This document shows positions 28,076 to 37,286 of a DNA stretch of 64,000 nucleotides, in pieces (positions within the stretch are counted from its first letter, which is position 1; each line of letters starts with the position of its first letter). This DNA comes from Candidatus Woesearchaeota archaeon (GTDB taxonomy: Archaea > Nanobdellota > Nanobdellia > SCGC-AAA011-G17 > VGLX01): NCBI GenBank assembly GCA_964428965.1, contig CAYSAF010000001.1:11242-75241 (forward strand), given 5' to 3'. A model generated the notes under the pieces. The model worked only from the letters and a program-made list of their open reading frames with translations. It did not search any database and was not told the DNA's origin. A program made the position numbers and the translations under genes.

Positions 28076-28618
28076 TATATTGGAATCTTAAAAATAATAA
28101 TAAAAACTCAAATATTAACACAAAACACCTCATGGAAGAACGTGGAAAAAGCAATAAAAAACCTGAGAGAAAAAAACATTCTAACAAAACAAGCAATACT
28201 AACTACAGATACAAAAAAAATAGCACAACTCATAAGAAGTTCAGGATACCACAACCAAAAAGCGAGAAAGCTGAAAGAATTGGCCAAGTTCGATGGAGAA
28301 ATAAACAGGGAGAACCTACTAAGCATCTGGGGGATTGGAAAAGAAACAGCAGACTCCATACTCCTATACGCTTATGACAAACCACACTTCGTAATAGACA
28401 ACTACACCAAAAGAATATTTAACAGGATAGGTTATAAGGAAAAATCATACAAAGACCTGCAAAACCTTTTTGTGAGCAATTTGCCAAAAGACATAGGGGT
28501 ATACAAGGAGTATCACGCATTAATCGTGGAATTGGCTAAGAACAACTGTAAGAAGAAGCCAGAATGTGAAGGATGCGCCTTGAAAAGCATGTGCAGATTC
28601 AGAGACGATGTATCATAA
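28076..28618 (+). pseudogene. C-terminal fragment (~180 aa) of the endonuclease-III-related HhH-GPD gene split by the element
   Basis: The in-frame translation upstream of the annotated GTG reads ...ILTQNTSWKNVEKAIKNL, continuing exactly where the N-fragment stops. It contains GYHNQKARKLKEL, LSIWGIGKETADSILLYAY, VIDNYTKRIF and EYHALIVELAK, colinear with the intact family member. No proper start codon or RBS. Confidence 0.7.
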
Positions 28619-29083
28619 CAACTGTACATTTGCAGAAGCCCTTATCCTCCTGCTCTTAGGCACAAAATTCAGAAGTTTACCTTTAATATTTTTTCCAGAA
28701 CCAAAAAAATCTTTGTCAAACCTAACCAGGGTAACTGCAACATCAGCATCCCTCAAGTTTAAGTCATTACCTCTCACCCATTCGTTAACTTCACTTTTTG
28801 ATAAGTTAACAACATTTTTTTTAGCAAGAGGGCCTATAAGTTGAGAGCCCTCAATGCTCAATCTCACCTTACCGTGCTCTAACCTACCAAAATACAAGCC
28901 AAGTGAGTTTATCCTTAAATTATCTGTATCCAGATCAGCAAGTTTTCCGTCAATAAGGTACAACTTGTCATCCTTACCCAGGAGGAATATGCGATCAAGC
29001 TTTACCTCCTTTATAGAATACTGCTCTCTAAGCAGATTAATTATTTTCTTAACTTCTCTTTTATTGAGGACTTTTATTTTCAT
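28613..29083 (-). CDS. PUA-domain RNA-binding protein (NIP7-like)
   Basis: 156 aa. KIKVLNKREVKKIINLL...RIFLLGKDDKLYLI...GKVRLSIEGSQLIG...ADVAVTLVRFDKDFFGSGK resembles archaeal NIP7/UPF0113 proteins. Confidence 0.4.
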   Translation of the reverse strand: MKIKVLNKREVKKIINLLREQYSIKEVKLDRIFLLGKDDKLYLIDGKLADLDTDNLRINSLGLYFGRLEHGKVRLSIEGSQLIGPLAKKNVVNLSKSEVNEWVRGNDLNLRDADVAVTLVRFDKDFFGSGKNIKGKLLNFVPKSRRIRASANVQLL

Positions 29084-29228
29084 CGTTGATTCATTTTTTA
29101 AAATCTTTTACCTTTAATACCTTTACGCTACCTAAAAAAAGATTTCACTACCTACCAGCTAAGAGTCTATAAGTCTTTTTTGAAAAATAAACAAATATTT
29201 AAATAACAAAAACCAGATTTAGAAGAAT

Positions 29229-30863
29229 ATGGAAGAGTTAATATTCAAGTATGCTTTACAAAACGCGATAAAATTCAATGGAAAAGCAAATGTAGGGGCT
29301 GTAGTAGGCAAGATATTTGCAGAAAAACCAGACAGCAAAGGACCCGAGGTTGCAAGAAAGGTAGCAGAAATAGTAAAAAAAGTCAACTCGATGAGCCTGG
29401 AAGAGCAGAAGAAAAAACTAGAAGAAATCGCACCTGAGCTATTGGAGGAGAAGAAACAAAAAAAAGAAAAAGACCTGTTCGAATTTCTTGAGGTAAAGGG
29501 AAAGGTGGTAACGGCTTTCCCACCAGAACCGAGCAAGTACCCCCACATAGGGCATGCAAAATCATTGTTTTTGAATTATGAACTGACAAAGAAACACAAG
29601 GGAAAATTCATTCTACGCTTTGAAGACACAAACCCCAAGCTGGTAAAAATGGAGTTATACAAAGCGCATCTCGATGCTTATAAATGGCTTGCAGTAAAAC
29701 CAAACCTGATAGACTGTTCATCAAAACACATGAAGGAATTCTACAGACATGCAGAAAAACTAATCAAAGAAAGCAAGGCATACATGTGCAGTTGCGACAG
29801 CGAAAAGATAAGAAAGATGCGCTTCAAGGGAATAAGCTGCGAATGCAGAAACAAAAGCACAGAACAAAACATGGAAGAATGGAAAAATATGCCTAAGAAA
29901 AAAGAAGGAGAGACAAACCTAAGACTGAAAATAGACATGCAGCATGAAAACACAACCATGAGAGACCCGACAATAATGAGAATAATAAAAGAAAAACACG
30001 CAATGCACGGCAAGAAATACAGCGTATGGCCAACCTACGACTTCCAAACCTCGATAATGGACAGCGTAGAAGGAGTAACTTACAGACTTAGGAGTAAGGA
30101 ATTCGAGATGAGGAATGAGCTACAAAGATGGATACAGAAAAACCTAGGCTTCAAAGAGACAGAGATTTACGAATACGCAAGATTCAACATGGAAGGGGTT
30201 CCAAGTTCAGGAAGGATAATAAGGGAGATGATAGAAAAAAAAGAACTCACAGGATGGGACGACCCAAGCCTGACAACAATAGCAGCGCTAAAGAGACGTG
30301 GCTTTTTACCTGAAGCGATAAAAGAATTCGTGCTGTCAACAGGGATAACAAAAACAGAAGCAACACACACCTGGGAAGACCTTGAAGTATTCAATAGAAG
30401 GCTATTAGACAGAAAAGCAAACAGATACTTCTTCATAGAAAACCCAAAGCAGATAGAAATCAAAGATGCACCGAAAATGGATACAAAAATAGAATTACAC
30501 CCAGATGACAAGAAAAGAGGTTTCAGAAAGTTCAAAACAGGAAAAAAGTTTTATGTACAAGACAAAATAGAAAAGGGAAGAGTGTACAGACTTATGCACC
30601 TATTCAACTTCAAGGATGGAAAATTCCTCTCAAAAGAACATAACCCTTCATTGAATGCAACAATAATACACTGGCTGCCAGCAGAAAAGGGATTGGTAAA
30701 CGTGGAAATACTGATGCCAAACAGGGAAATAAAAAAGGGACTCGGAGAAAAAGAACTGAAAAAATTAAAAACAGGAGAAGTAGTACAATTCGAGAGGTTT
30801 GCTTTCTGCAGGCTTGACAAAAAAGAAGAAGGCAAAATGATTTTTTGGTTCACACACAAATAA
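29229..30863 (+). CDS. gltX: Glutamyl-tRNA synthetase, archaeal/eukaryotic type
   Basis: 544 aa. Class I HIGH motif (VTAFPPEPSKYPHIGHAKSLFLNYELTKKHKGKFILRFEDTNP). Length and architecture fit archaeal GluRS. Confidence 0.85.
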   Translation: MEELIFKYALQNAIKFNGKANVGAVVGKIFAEKPDSKGPEVARKVAEIVKKVNSMSLEEQKKKLEEIAPELLEEKKQKKEKDLFEFLEVKGKVVTAFPPEPSKYPHIGHAKSLFLNYELTKKHKGKFILRFEDTNPKLVKMELYKAHLDAYKWLAVKPNLIDCSSKHMKEFYRHAEKLIKESKAYMCSCDSEKIRKMRFKGISCECRNKSTEQNMEEWKNMPKKKEGETNLRLKIDMQHENTTMRDPTIMRIIKEKHAMHGKKYSVWPTYDFQTSIMDSVEGVTYRLRSKEFEMRNELQRWIQKNLGFKETEIYEYARFNMEGVPSSGRIIREMIEKKELTGWDDPSLTTIAALKRRGFLPEAIKEFVLSTGITKTEATHTWEDLEVFNRRLLDRKANRYFFIENPKQIEIKDAPKMDTKIELHPDDKKRGFRKFKTGKKFYVQDKIEKGRVYRLMHLFNFKDGKFLSKEHNPSLNATIIHWLPAEKGLVNVEILMPNREIKKGLGEKELKKLKTGEVVQFERFAFCRLDKKEEGKMIFWFTHK

Positions 30864-30938
30864 TCAAACAAAAGCTTTAAAAAGCCCATTTTTCTCAATA
30901 TCCCATACAAAACCAATGATTACCAAGGAGGTTTTAAA

Positions 30939-31280
30939 ATGGAAGTTTCAAAGGAGATTGTCGAAAAAGCCCTCGAGCTTGTCGAAATAGCAAAGACAAG
31001 CGGAAAACTCAAGAAGGGCGTCAACGAGGTCACAAAAGCAGTAGAAAGGGGAACTGCAAAGATAGTTTTAGTCGCAAAAGACGTTAACCCACCAGAAATA
31101 GTAATGCACCTAGGACCTTTATGCAAAGAGAAAGGCATAAAGCTTATTTCTGTACAGAAAAGAGAAGAACTGGGAACAGCAGCAGGACTACCCGTGCCGA
31201 CAGTAGCTGTAGCAGTTATAGATGAGGGCGAAGGAAAAAAGATACTAAGAGACATAATGGAAAAAGTAAAAGATGAGTGA
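30939..31280 (+). CDS. rpl7ae: Ribosomal protein L7Ae
   Basis: 113 aa. [45 protein letters not shown]...[13 protein letters not shown]. Confidence 0.9.
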   Translation: MEVSKEIVEKALELVEIAKTSGKLKKGVNEVTKAVERGTAKIVLVAKDVNPPEIVMHLGPLCKEKGIKLISVQKREELGTAAGLPVPTVAVAVIDEGEGKKILRDIMEKVKDE

Positions 31281-31587
31281 AGACCAAAAACCACAACAGC
31301 CAGAAGAACAGAAACAAAAACTGCAGAAAAGAGACAGACCTAAATCAGAAGCAGCAAAACAAGAAAAAGCATTATTCTCAGAGGCAGTACCAGCAGTGGT
31401 AGAGGAGATAGTAGGGAGGACAGGAATGAGAGGAGAGATAACACAGGTAAGGTGCAAGATAATGGCTGGAAGGGACTCAGGAAAGATAATAACAAGAAAC
31501 GTCAAAGGACCTGTAAGGGAGAAAGACATACTCATGCTTAGAGAGACAGAAATAGAAGCCAGAAAAATGATGCCGGGAAGGAAGTAA
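31273..31587 (+). CDS. rps28e: Ribosomal protein S28e, with an unusual ~35-aa charged N-terminal extension
   Basis: The core [57 protein letters not shown] is canonical S28e. The only in-frame ATG lies upstream at 31273, overlapping L7Ae by 8 nt. Confidence 0.8.
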   Translation: MSEDQKPQQPEEQKQKLQKRDRPKSEAAKQEKALFSEAVPAVVEEIVGRTGMRGEITQVRCKIMAGRDSGKIITRNVKGPVREKDILMLRETEIEARKMMPGRK

Positions 31588-31589
31588 AG

Positions 31590-31769
31590 ATGCCGAACTG
31601 CACATTCTGCGGGGGGAGAATAGAAAAAGGAACAGGAAAGATGTTCGTATTCAAAACTGGCAAAGTGGCTTATTACTGCTCAACCAAATGCGAAAAAAAC
31701 ATGCTCAAACTCAAAAGAAAAGCAAGAGAGCTAAAATGGACGAAACACTACGCAAAAGGCGGCCAATAA
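31590..31769 (+). CDS. rpl24e: Ribosomal protein L24e
   Basis: 59 aa (below the ORF-track cutoff). MPNCTFCGGRIEKGTGKMFVFKTGKVAYYCSTKCEKNMLKLKRKARELKWTKHYAKGGQ has the C4 zinc-finger pattern of L24e. Completes the classic L7Ae-S28e-L24e operon. Confidence 0.8.
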   Translation: MPNCTFCGGRIEKGTGKMFVFKTGKVAYYCSTKCEKNMLKLKRKARELKWTKHYAKGGQ

Positions 31770-31857
31770 AGAAAAAACTTATAAACAAGTTCTAACAACA
31801 CAACATAGCCTTTACGGAGGAATTTCTAAAAAAGAGAGTGGGTAATGGGAGGAGAAG

Positions 31858-32610
31858 ATGGAAATATGCGAAGAATTTTCCTTAGCATGCAAATCTGAAG
31901 AAATAGGAGATGAAGAAATAAGAGAAATAAGCTTACCAAAACAAGACATAACGCTGGAAAGACTCTGCCTAAAAGCAGTAGACACAGAAGACCTCATATC
32001 AGAAAACTTAGATAAACTAAAAAAAGCACTGCCAGACAAAAAAGAAAAAGAAGAAACAAAACAAAACAAGCTAAGACTACAGCTAGAAGGTTTAGGACTA
32101 GCGCTAACAGCTTACAAACTAAAAGACATAAAAAAAGACTACCTAAATATGAACAGGAGATCTAACGAATTCATAGAAATAAGATATCTATCAAACCTAC
32201 TGAGAGGAATAAACAAAACACTAGCAAGCAGATGGAAAAAACCTAAGGAGATAAGGGACATAATGTACTCTGCGTTCTTAAGATTCTTAGCAGGTGACAA
32301 CACGATAAGCAAAAAAGAAAAAAACAAACTGGACCCAAAAAGAACTATATACAATTCGCTAGTGAAAAAATTCGTAGACTACGAACATGAAAAAGTTATG
32401 GAAAACATAGAAGAAATAGGAAAGGTATTTGAATACGCAAGATCTTACAAAGTCAAACAAAAGATAGAAGAAGAAATAGCAAAATACCCGAAACTTGAAG
32501 AGGACCAGAAAGAAGCTATGAAGATAAGATTCGTAGCTGATAGAATGGTGGATGAGGGAGAACAAATAAGAGATACACTTTCAAGAACTTTAACAGATAA
32601 ATTTAAATAA
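31858..32610 (+). CDS. Hypothetical K/E-rich helical protein
   Basis: 250 aa. Inserted between rpl24e and ndk. Confidence 0.4.
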   Translation: MEICEEFSLACKSEEIGDEEIREISLPKQDITLERLCLKAVDTEDLISENLDKLKKALPDKKEKEETKQNKLRLQLEGLGLALTAYKLKDIKKDYLNMNRRSNEFIEIRYLSNLLRGINKTLASRWKKPKEIRDIMYSAFLRFLAGDNTISKKEKNKLDPKRTIYNSLVKKFVDYEHEKVMENIEEIGKVFEYARSYKVKQKIEEEIAKYPKLEEDQKEAMKIRFVADRMVDEGEQIRDTLSRTLTDKFK

Positions 32611-32630
32611 CCTTCTATTTCTTTTTTTCT

Positions 32631-33125
32631 TTGATGATAGAGAGAACATTCGTGCTGATAAAACCAGACGGCGTAGAACGAGGACTCGTAGGAGAGATTC
32701 TGCACAGATTCGAGAGAAAAGGGCTTAAAGTAGTAGGGATGAAGATGGTGTGGATTGACAAGAAAATGGCCCTAAAACACTACACAGAAGACCTTGCCAA
32801 AAGAAGAGGAGAACACGTAAGAAACTACATGGTTGAACTAATAACCTCAGGACCAGTAATAGCCATGGTAATAGAAGGAGTTGAGGCTATAGAAAACGTA
32901 AGAACACTAACAGGGGACACAGAACCAAAGTCAGCACTCCCAGGAACAATAAGGGGGGATTTCTCACCTATAAGCTATAAGTATTGCGATTCAAAACAGA
33001 TGGGTGTGAAGAATACAATACACGCATCAGCAAATCAAAAAGATGCTGAGAGAGAAATAGAGCTGTGGTTCACAGAAAAAGAGCTGCACAACTATACAAA
33101 CGTACACGAAAAACATGTAAGATGA
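32631..33125 (+). CDS. ndk: Nucleoside diphosphate kinase
   Basis: ERTFVLIKPDGVERGLVGEILHRFERKGLKVVGMKM...YMVELITSGPVIAMVIEG...NTIHASANQKDAEREIELWF, with the active-site His in NTIHAS. Confidence 0.9.
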   Translation: MMIERTFVLIKPDGVERGLVGEILHRFERKGLKVVGMKMVWIDKKMALKHYTEDLAKRRGEHVRNYMVELITSGPVIAMVIEGVEAIENVRTLTGDTEPKSALPGTIRGDFSPISYKYCDSKQMGVKNTIHASANQKDAEREIELWFTEKELHNYTNVHEKHVR

Positions 33126-34009
33126 AGTGGCTAAAGAATTTTTACGAAAAACAAGAAAAAAAACTCGTAATAATACCAATTCTAATGATAATAGCAGCCT
33201 TAATAATAGTAGGCAACCAATACGCTACAACAGGGGACATATTCAAAAAAGACGTAACTCTGAGCGGCGGTGTAACAGCAACAGTATACACAGAGATAGA
33301 CACTAACACAGTAGAAAAAACAATAAAAGAGAACACCAGCAAAGAAGCTTTGGTAAGAAAACTTGCCGAGTTTGGGTCAGAAAAACAAAAAGGCGTTGTC
33401 ATAGAATCAGCAGACATAACAAGAGAAGAACTGGAATCGATACTTAAAGATCAACTCAAAATAAACCTAACAACAGAAAACTACTCAGTAGAACAGACAG
33501 GGGCAACACTTGGACAGTCGTTCTACAAACAGATGATGATAGCGCTACTAATAGGCTTCTTGATGATGTCCATAGTTGTAATAATAATATTTAGAACAGT
33601 GGTACCTTCAGCTGCAGTGATACTATCGGCATTCGCAGACATGCTTTGCACAGTGGCAGTAGTTGACCTAGTCGGGATAAGAGTATCAACAGCAGGAATA
33701 GCCGGAGTACTCCTGCTAATAGGTTACTCTGTAGACACAGACATATTACTGACAACAAGGGTGTATAAGAGAAAAGAGGGCACTATAATGAACAGGGTAT
33801 TCAGCTCAGCGGCAACAGGACTAACTATGACTGCGGCAGGACTGGCCTCACTATCGATAGGATACTTCGTAACCACGTCATTCGTAATAAAAGAGATGTT
33901 CTTCGTCCTAATAATAGGACTGATAATAGACGTATTGATGACTTACTTACTAAACGCAAGGATAATACTCTGGTACGTAGAAAAGAAAGAGGGTAAAACA
34001 AATGCCTAA
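33122..34009 (+). CDS. secF: Protein-export membrane protein SecF
   Basis: 295 aa counted from MKWLKNFYEK. This is an internal start of the track ORF 33065..34009, chosen because it gives a 4-nt overlap with the ndk stop. N-terminal TM, extracytoplasmic domain, then a 5-TM bundle with IGYSVDTDILLTTRVYKRKEG, characteristic of the SecD/SecF family. Confidence 0.65.
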   Translation: MKWLKNFYEKQEKKLVIIPILMIIAALIIVGNQYATTGDIFKKDVTLSGGVTATVYTEIDTNTVEKTIKENTSKEALVRKLAEFGSEKQKGVVIESADITREELESILKDQLKINLTTENYSVEQTGATLGQSFYKQMMIALLIGFLMMSIVVIIIFRTVVPSAAVILSAFADMLCTVAVVDLVGIRVSTAGIAGVLLLIGYSVDTDILLTTRVYKRKEGTIMNRVFSSAATGLTMTAAGLASLSIGYFVTTSFVIKEMFFVLIIGLIIDVLMTYLLNARIILWYVEKKEGKTNA

Positions 34010-35744
34010 AAAGTATCTGACTGTAAGGGTATGGATCCTGATAGCTTCGCTGATAATAACGATACTTGCTATAAGCTACAACCCCTGGGCGAAAGGTGTT
34101 GAAATAAAAACAGTCGAATCAAACAGTGTAGTAACAGAACAAGGAATAACAACCGGACAGAAAATATTAGCAGTCAACGGAGTAGAAATAAACACGATAC
34201 AAGATTATCAAGACGCAGTAGAAAAATACAAAACCCAACAAAAAACAGTGAAAATAGGAACCGAGAGAGGAGAGTTCAGCTACAACGTAACAAACTCGAT
34301 AGGCTTCGAATATGAGAACCTAACGATAATATCAGCAGAACTCTACACCAACCTAGAGAACGGCATGCAGATAACTTCCATAAACAACGCTAAGATTGAT
34401 AACTCGACACAAATAAAAGAGGAAATAGACAAGATACTGCCAACGCAAAAAATATCGCTGACAACAAACAAAGGTGAATACATCTACCTGACAGCAGGAC
34501 AACCAGAAATAACACTGGGGGATGCAAGAAAAAGCAACCTCAAACTAGGACTTGAACTTTCAGGGGGAACAAGGGTACTGCTAGAACCAAAATCAGACCA
34601 GCAGATAACAGACAACGACGTGTCAGACATAATAAAAGTCATGGACAACAGGCTGAACGTTTACGGCCTAGCAGACCTGAAGATAAAACCCGCAAACGAC
34701 TTGTCAGGAAAGAAATACATACTGGTGGAGGTCGGAGGGGCAAGCGGTGAGGAGGTTAGGGAACTGATAGGACAACAAGGAAAATTCGAAGCAAAGATAG
34801 GCAACCAAACCGTATTCAGCGGAGGAAAAAAAGACATACCATTTGTATGCAGGGACGATGGCAGCTGCAGCGGAGTAAGAGAATGCAACCCAGCAAACAA
34901 CCAATTCATATGTACATTTGAGTTTGTCGTACACTTAAGTCCAGATGCAGCCAAGAGACACGCGGAAATAACAAAAGACATGGAAGTTATGACAAGCGAA
35001 GACGGCAGGGAAATACTCAACTCAACAATAGACTTCTACCTGGATGATAAGAAAGTAGACAGCCTACAAATAGGTGCAGATTTGAAAGGTAAGGAAACAA
35101 CAGCAATAGCGATATCAGGACCTGGCTTCGGACAAACAAGAGCAGCAGCGATGCAACAGGCAATAAAAAAAATGGACAGGCTGCAAACAATAATAATAAC
35201 CGGATCACTACCTTACGAAATACAAATAGTAAAACTCGACACAATATCACCTGTACTAGGAAGGGAATTCGTAAACAACTCACTATTAGTGGGCATATTA
35301 GGAATCACAGCTGTGGCCCTGGTAATATCCATAAGGTACAGGCAGGTTAAGGTAATAATACCGATAATGATCGTAGCGACAAGCGAGATATTCATAACAC
35401 TGGGGGTAGCGGCAATACTCCAATGGAACCTGGACCTTGCATCAATAGCAGGAATAATAGCAGCCGTTGCAACAGGGGTAGACGACCAAATCGTCATAAC
35501 AGACGAACTCATAAAAGGAGAAAAAGACAGATTCATCAGCTGGAAAGAAAGAATAAAAAGGGCGTTCTTCATAATAATATCAGCATACACCGTAACTGTA
35601 GCAGCGATGATACCGCTTTGGAATGCGGGAGCAGGGCTGATAAGAGGGTTTGCAGTAACAACGATAATAGGACTAACAGTTGGGGTTTTCATAACAAGGC
35701 CGGCATTCGCATCCATGATGGAGAGCTTGCTGTCAACAGACTAA
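34002..35744 (+). CDS. secD: Protein-export membrane protein SecD
   Basis: 580 aa. N-terminal TM, large extracytoplasmic domain, C-terminal TM bundle with ATGVDDQIVITDELIKGEK. 8-nt overlap with secF. Confidence 0.65.
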   Translation: MPKKYLTVRVWILIASLIITILAISYNPWAKGVEIKTVESNSVVTEQGITTGQKILAVNGVEINTIQDYQDAVEKYKTQQKTVKIGTERGEFSYNVTNSIGFEYENLTIISAELYTNLENGMQITSINNAKIDNSTQIKEEIDKILPTQKISLTTNKGEYIYLTAGQPEITLGDARKSNLKLGLELSGGTRVLLEPKSDQQITDNDVSDIIKVMDNRLNVYGLADLKIKPANDLSGKKYILVEVGGASGEEVRELIGQQGKFEAKIGNQTVFSGGKKDIPFVCRDDGSCSGVRECNPANNQFICTFEFVVHLSPDAAKRHAEITKDMEVMTSEDGREILNSTIDFYLDDKKVDSLQIGADLKGKETTAIAISGPGFGQTRAAAMQQAIKKMDRLQTIIITGSLPYEIQIVKLDTISPVLGREFVNNSLLVGILGITAVALVISIRYRQVKVIIPIMIVATSEIFITLGVAAILQWNLDLASIAGIIAAVATGVDDQIVITDELIKGEKDRFISWKERIKRAFFIIISAYTVTVAAMIPLWNAGAGLIRGFAVTTIIGLTVGVFITRPAFASMMESLLSTD

Positions 35745-35972
35745 AGCCAAAAGTTTTTTATAGTAGAAAAAACAAAAAATCAGCATAGAGAGGTGGTCAA
35801 ATTGGAGATATCCAACACTTTGGCATTCAAAATTGAGTTAGTTCTATACATAATTCTTGGAGGACTAGTGGGACTAGTCTACGGACTGAGAAGAGTGATA
35901 CTCATGGAAAGAAGAATCATAGAGCTAGAAAAAAGAATAACTAAAATAATAGCAAAAAGGAGATGAAAAGAG

Positions 35973-36548
35973 GTGAGCCGCAAAATGAAAAAAAGAGGGG
36001 CCCTTGAACTTTCAGTAAACACGATAGTGGTAATAGTCATAGGGGTGGCACTACTCTCACTAGGACTTATTTTTATAAAAAACCTTTTTACGGGTATAGG
36101 TGGGATATCTGATGAAATATTTAATACTGCGGAGATAACAATAGGACAATTACACCAACAAGATGTTAAGTTAACAGTACCATCACAAGTGAATGTCAAG
36201 CAAGGTCAAAAAAAAGCAGCAAATATTTTTGTAGGCAATGATGGGTATACATGTGGAACTGGAACACAAACCTTTACGCTGGAAATGATTCCTGTTAGTG
36301 GGCTATCTATCATAAATGGTAGTCCCCCAATGGTAAAAGCTAAGATAATATCACCTACTTCAGTGACTTTGACAGCTGGACAAAAAGCAGGATTTGTTGT
36401 AGAAGTGGTTGCAATTAATAACGCACCACTCGGTGGGACTTTAGATGACCCTGCATACTCTGTAAGTGTTAAATGTAGCAATGGCCAGATTTATGAACCT
36501 TCAGCGATGATGATAAATGTGGTCAAAGGAGGAGGTCTATTCGGCTAA
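35973..36548 (+). CDS. Archaeal type IV pilin-like protein (class III signal peptide)
   Basis: 191 aa. MSRKMKKRGALELSVNTIVVIVIGVALLSLGLIFI is a basic stretch + G/A cleavage-type motif + hydrophobic helix. The C-terminus is beta-rich. Confidence 0.5.
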   Translation: MSRKMKKRGALELSVNTIVVIVIGVALLSLGLIFIKNLFTGIGGISDEIFNTAEITIGQLHQQDVKLTVPSQVNVKQGQKKAANIFVGNDGYTCGTGTQTFTLEMIPVSGLSIINGSPPMVKAKIISPTSVTLTAGQKAGFVVEVVAINNAPLGGTLDDPAYSVSVKCSNGQIYEPSAMMINVVKGGGLFG

Positions 36549-36585
36549 AACTTTTCTTTTTTTAAATTTAATTTTATAAGAATTC

Positions 36586-37056
36586 TTAATCCTCAGGTTT
36601 TTCCTCTTCCTCGCCTTCCCTTCTAATAACCTTAACAGAGTCAAGCTTAACAGTAATGGGAATGGGAATAGCAGATTCAAGCAACTCAACAACAACCTCA
36701 TCCTTTTGGGTGTCAATCCTTGAAACCTTTGCCTTTTCCCTCTTGAAAGGGCCAGAAATAATCTCAACAATGTCATTCTTCTGAATGTTAACTTCTCTCT
36801 TCACTTGCTCAAGCATGTGCTCTATTTCAGGATACTGCACTTCTTTTGGTAATAAACCACGAGCATAGGGAATGCCCTGGAAAGCTTCCTCAGCAGTCTG
36901 CCTGTCCTTGGCTTCCATAAAGATGTAGCCGCGAAGACCGTGAGGCCTGATCAGACAATAAACATCTAAGCCTTTCTTCTTAGCGTTCTCATAAACAAAA
37001 TCCAGCACTTGCTCTTCACGGTTTGCAGTCGTCCTCAAAGCAAAGATAGGGTTCAT
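36586..37056 (-). CDS. spt5: Transcription elongation factor Spt5 (NusG homolog)
   Basis: 156 aa with NGN + KOW domains (IFALRTTANREEQV...GYIFMEA... ; KNDIVEIISGPFKREKAKVSRID). Confidence 0.85.
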   Translation of the reverse strand: MNPIFALRTTANREEQVLDFVYENAKKKGLDVYCLIRPHGLRGYIFMEAKDRQTAEEAFQGIPYARGLLPKEVQYPEIEHMLEQVKREVNIQKNDIVEIISGPFKREKAKVSRIDTQKDEVVVELLESAIPIPITVKLDSVKVIRREGEEEEKPED

Positions 37057-37238
37057 TTTCTCAACAGGTCACCAATTATGAAAATTATAAAACCGATAAA
37101 ACCGATTATAATTATACCTATGCCTGACACTTTAACAATTACCTTAAACTCCTCCTTACCGGGTTTTTTGGTAACGAGAAGAACTCTCTTACATTCAGAT
37201 ATGAAATCCTTAAACTTCATCAAATAATTCTTTATCAT
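37053..37238 (-). CDS. secE: Protein translocase subunit SecE (Sec61gamma)
   Basis: 61 aa. ...VLLVTKKPGKEEFKVIVKVSGIGIIIIGFIGFIIFIIG is a single C-terminal TM helix. Sits immediately upstream of spt5, as in most archaea. Confidence 0.7.
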   Translation of the reverse strand: MIKNYLMKFKDFISECKRVLLVTKKPGKEEFKVIVKVSGIGIIIIGFIGFIIFIIGDLLRK

Positions 37239-37286
37239 CTTAAAACCAGATAAGAAAAAATTACGAATTAAGCTTTTTAAAGGTTT

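Larger units (their letters stand above)
14701..28111. mobile_element. Integrated plasmid- or provirus-like element (~13.4 kb) inserted into the endonuclease-III-related gene
   Basis: It separates two in-frame fragments of one gene. Imperfect 12-bp direct repeats sit at both junctions: ATACTGACACAA at 14689..14700 and ATATTAACACAA at 28112..28123, each encoding ILTQ. A tyrosine recombinase sits about 100 bp inside the right junction. Cargo is a primase-helicase, RHH and wHTH regulators, and secreted proteins. Genes are short and mostly hypothetical. Confidence 0.75.

Noticed and set aside
28132-28377. 81-aa basic ORF (MEERGKSNKKPERKKHSNKTSN...)
   Set aside because: Alternative frame across the start of the C-terminal endoIII-like fragment. 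Poly-K/N composition from the A-rich sequence. The homologous frame is the other one.
33065-33121. Upstream extension of secF to 33065 (as in the ORF track)
   Set aside because: Would overlap ndk by 60 nt. The internal Met at 33122 (MKWLKNFYEK) gives a 4-nt overlap typical of operons and a standard SecF N-terminus.
35792-35967. Possible 57-aa GTG-start membrane mini-protein between secD and the pilin-like gene
   Set aside because: Needs a non-ATG start and has no homology support. Left unannotated.
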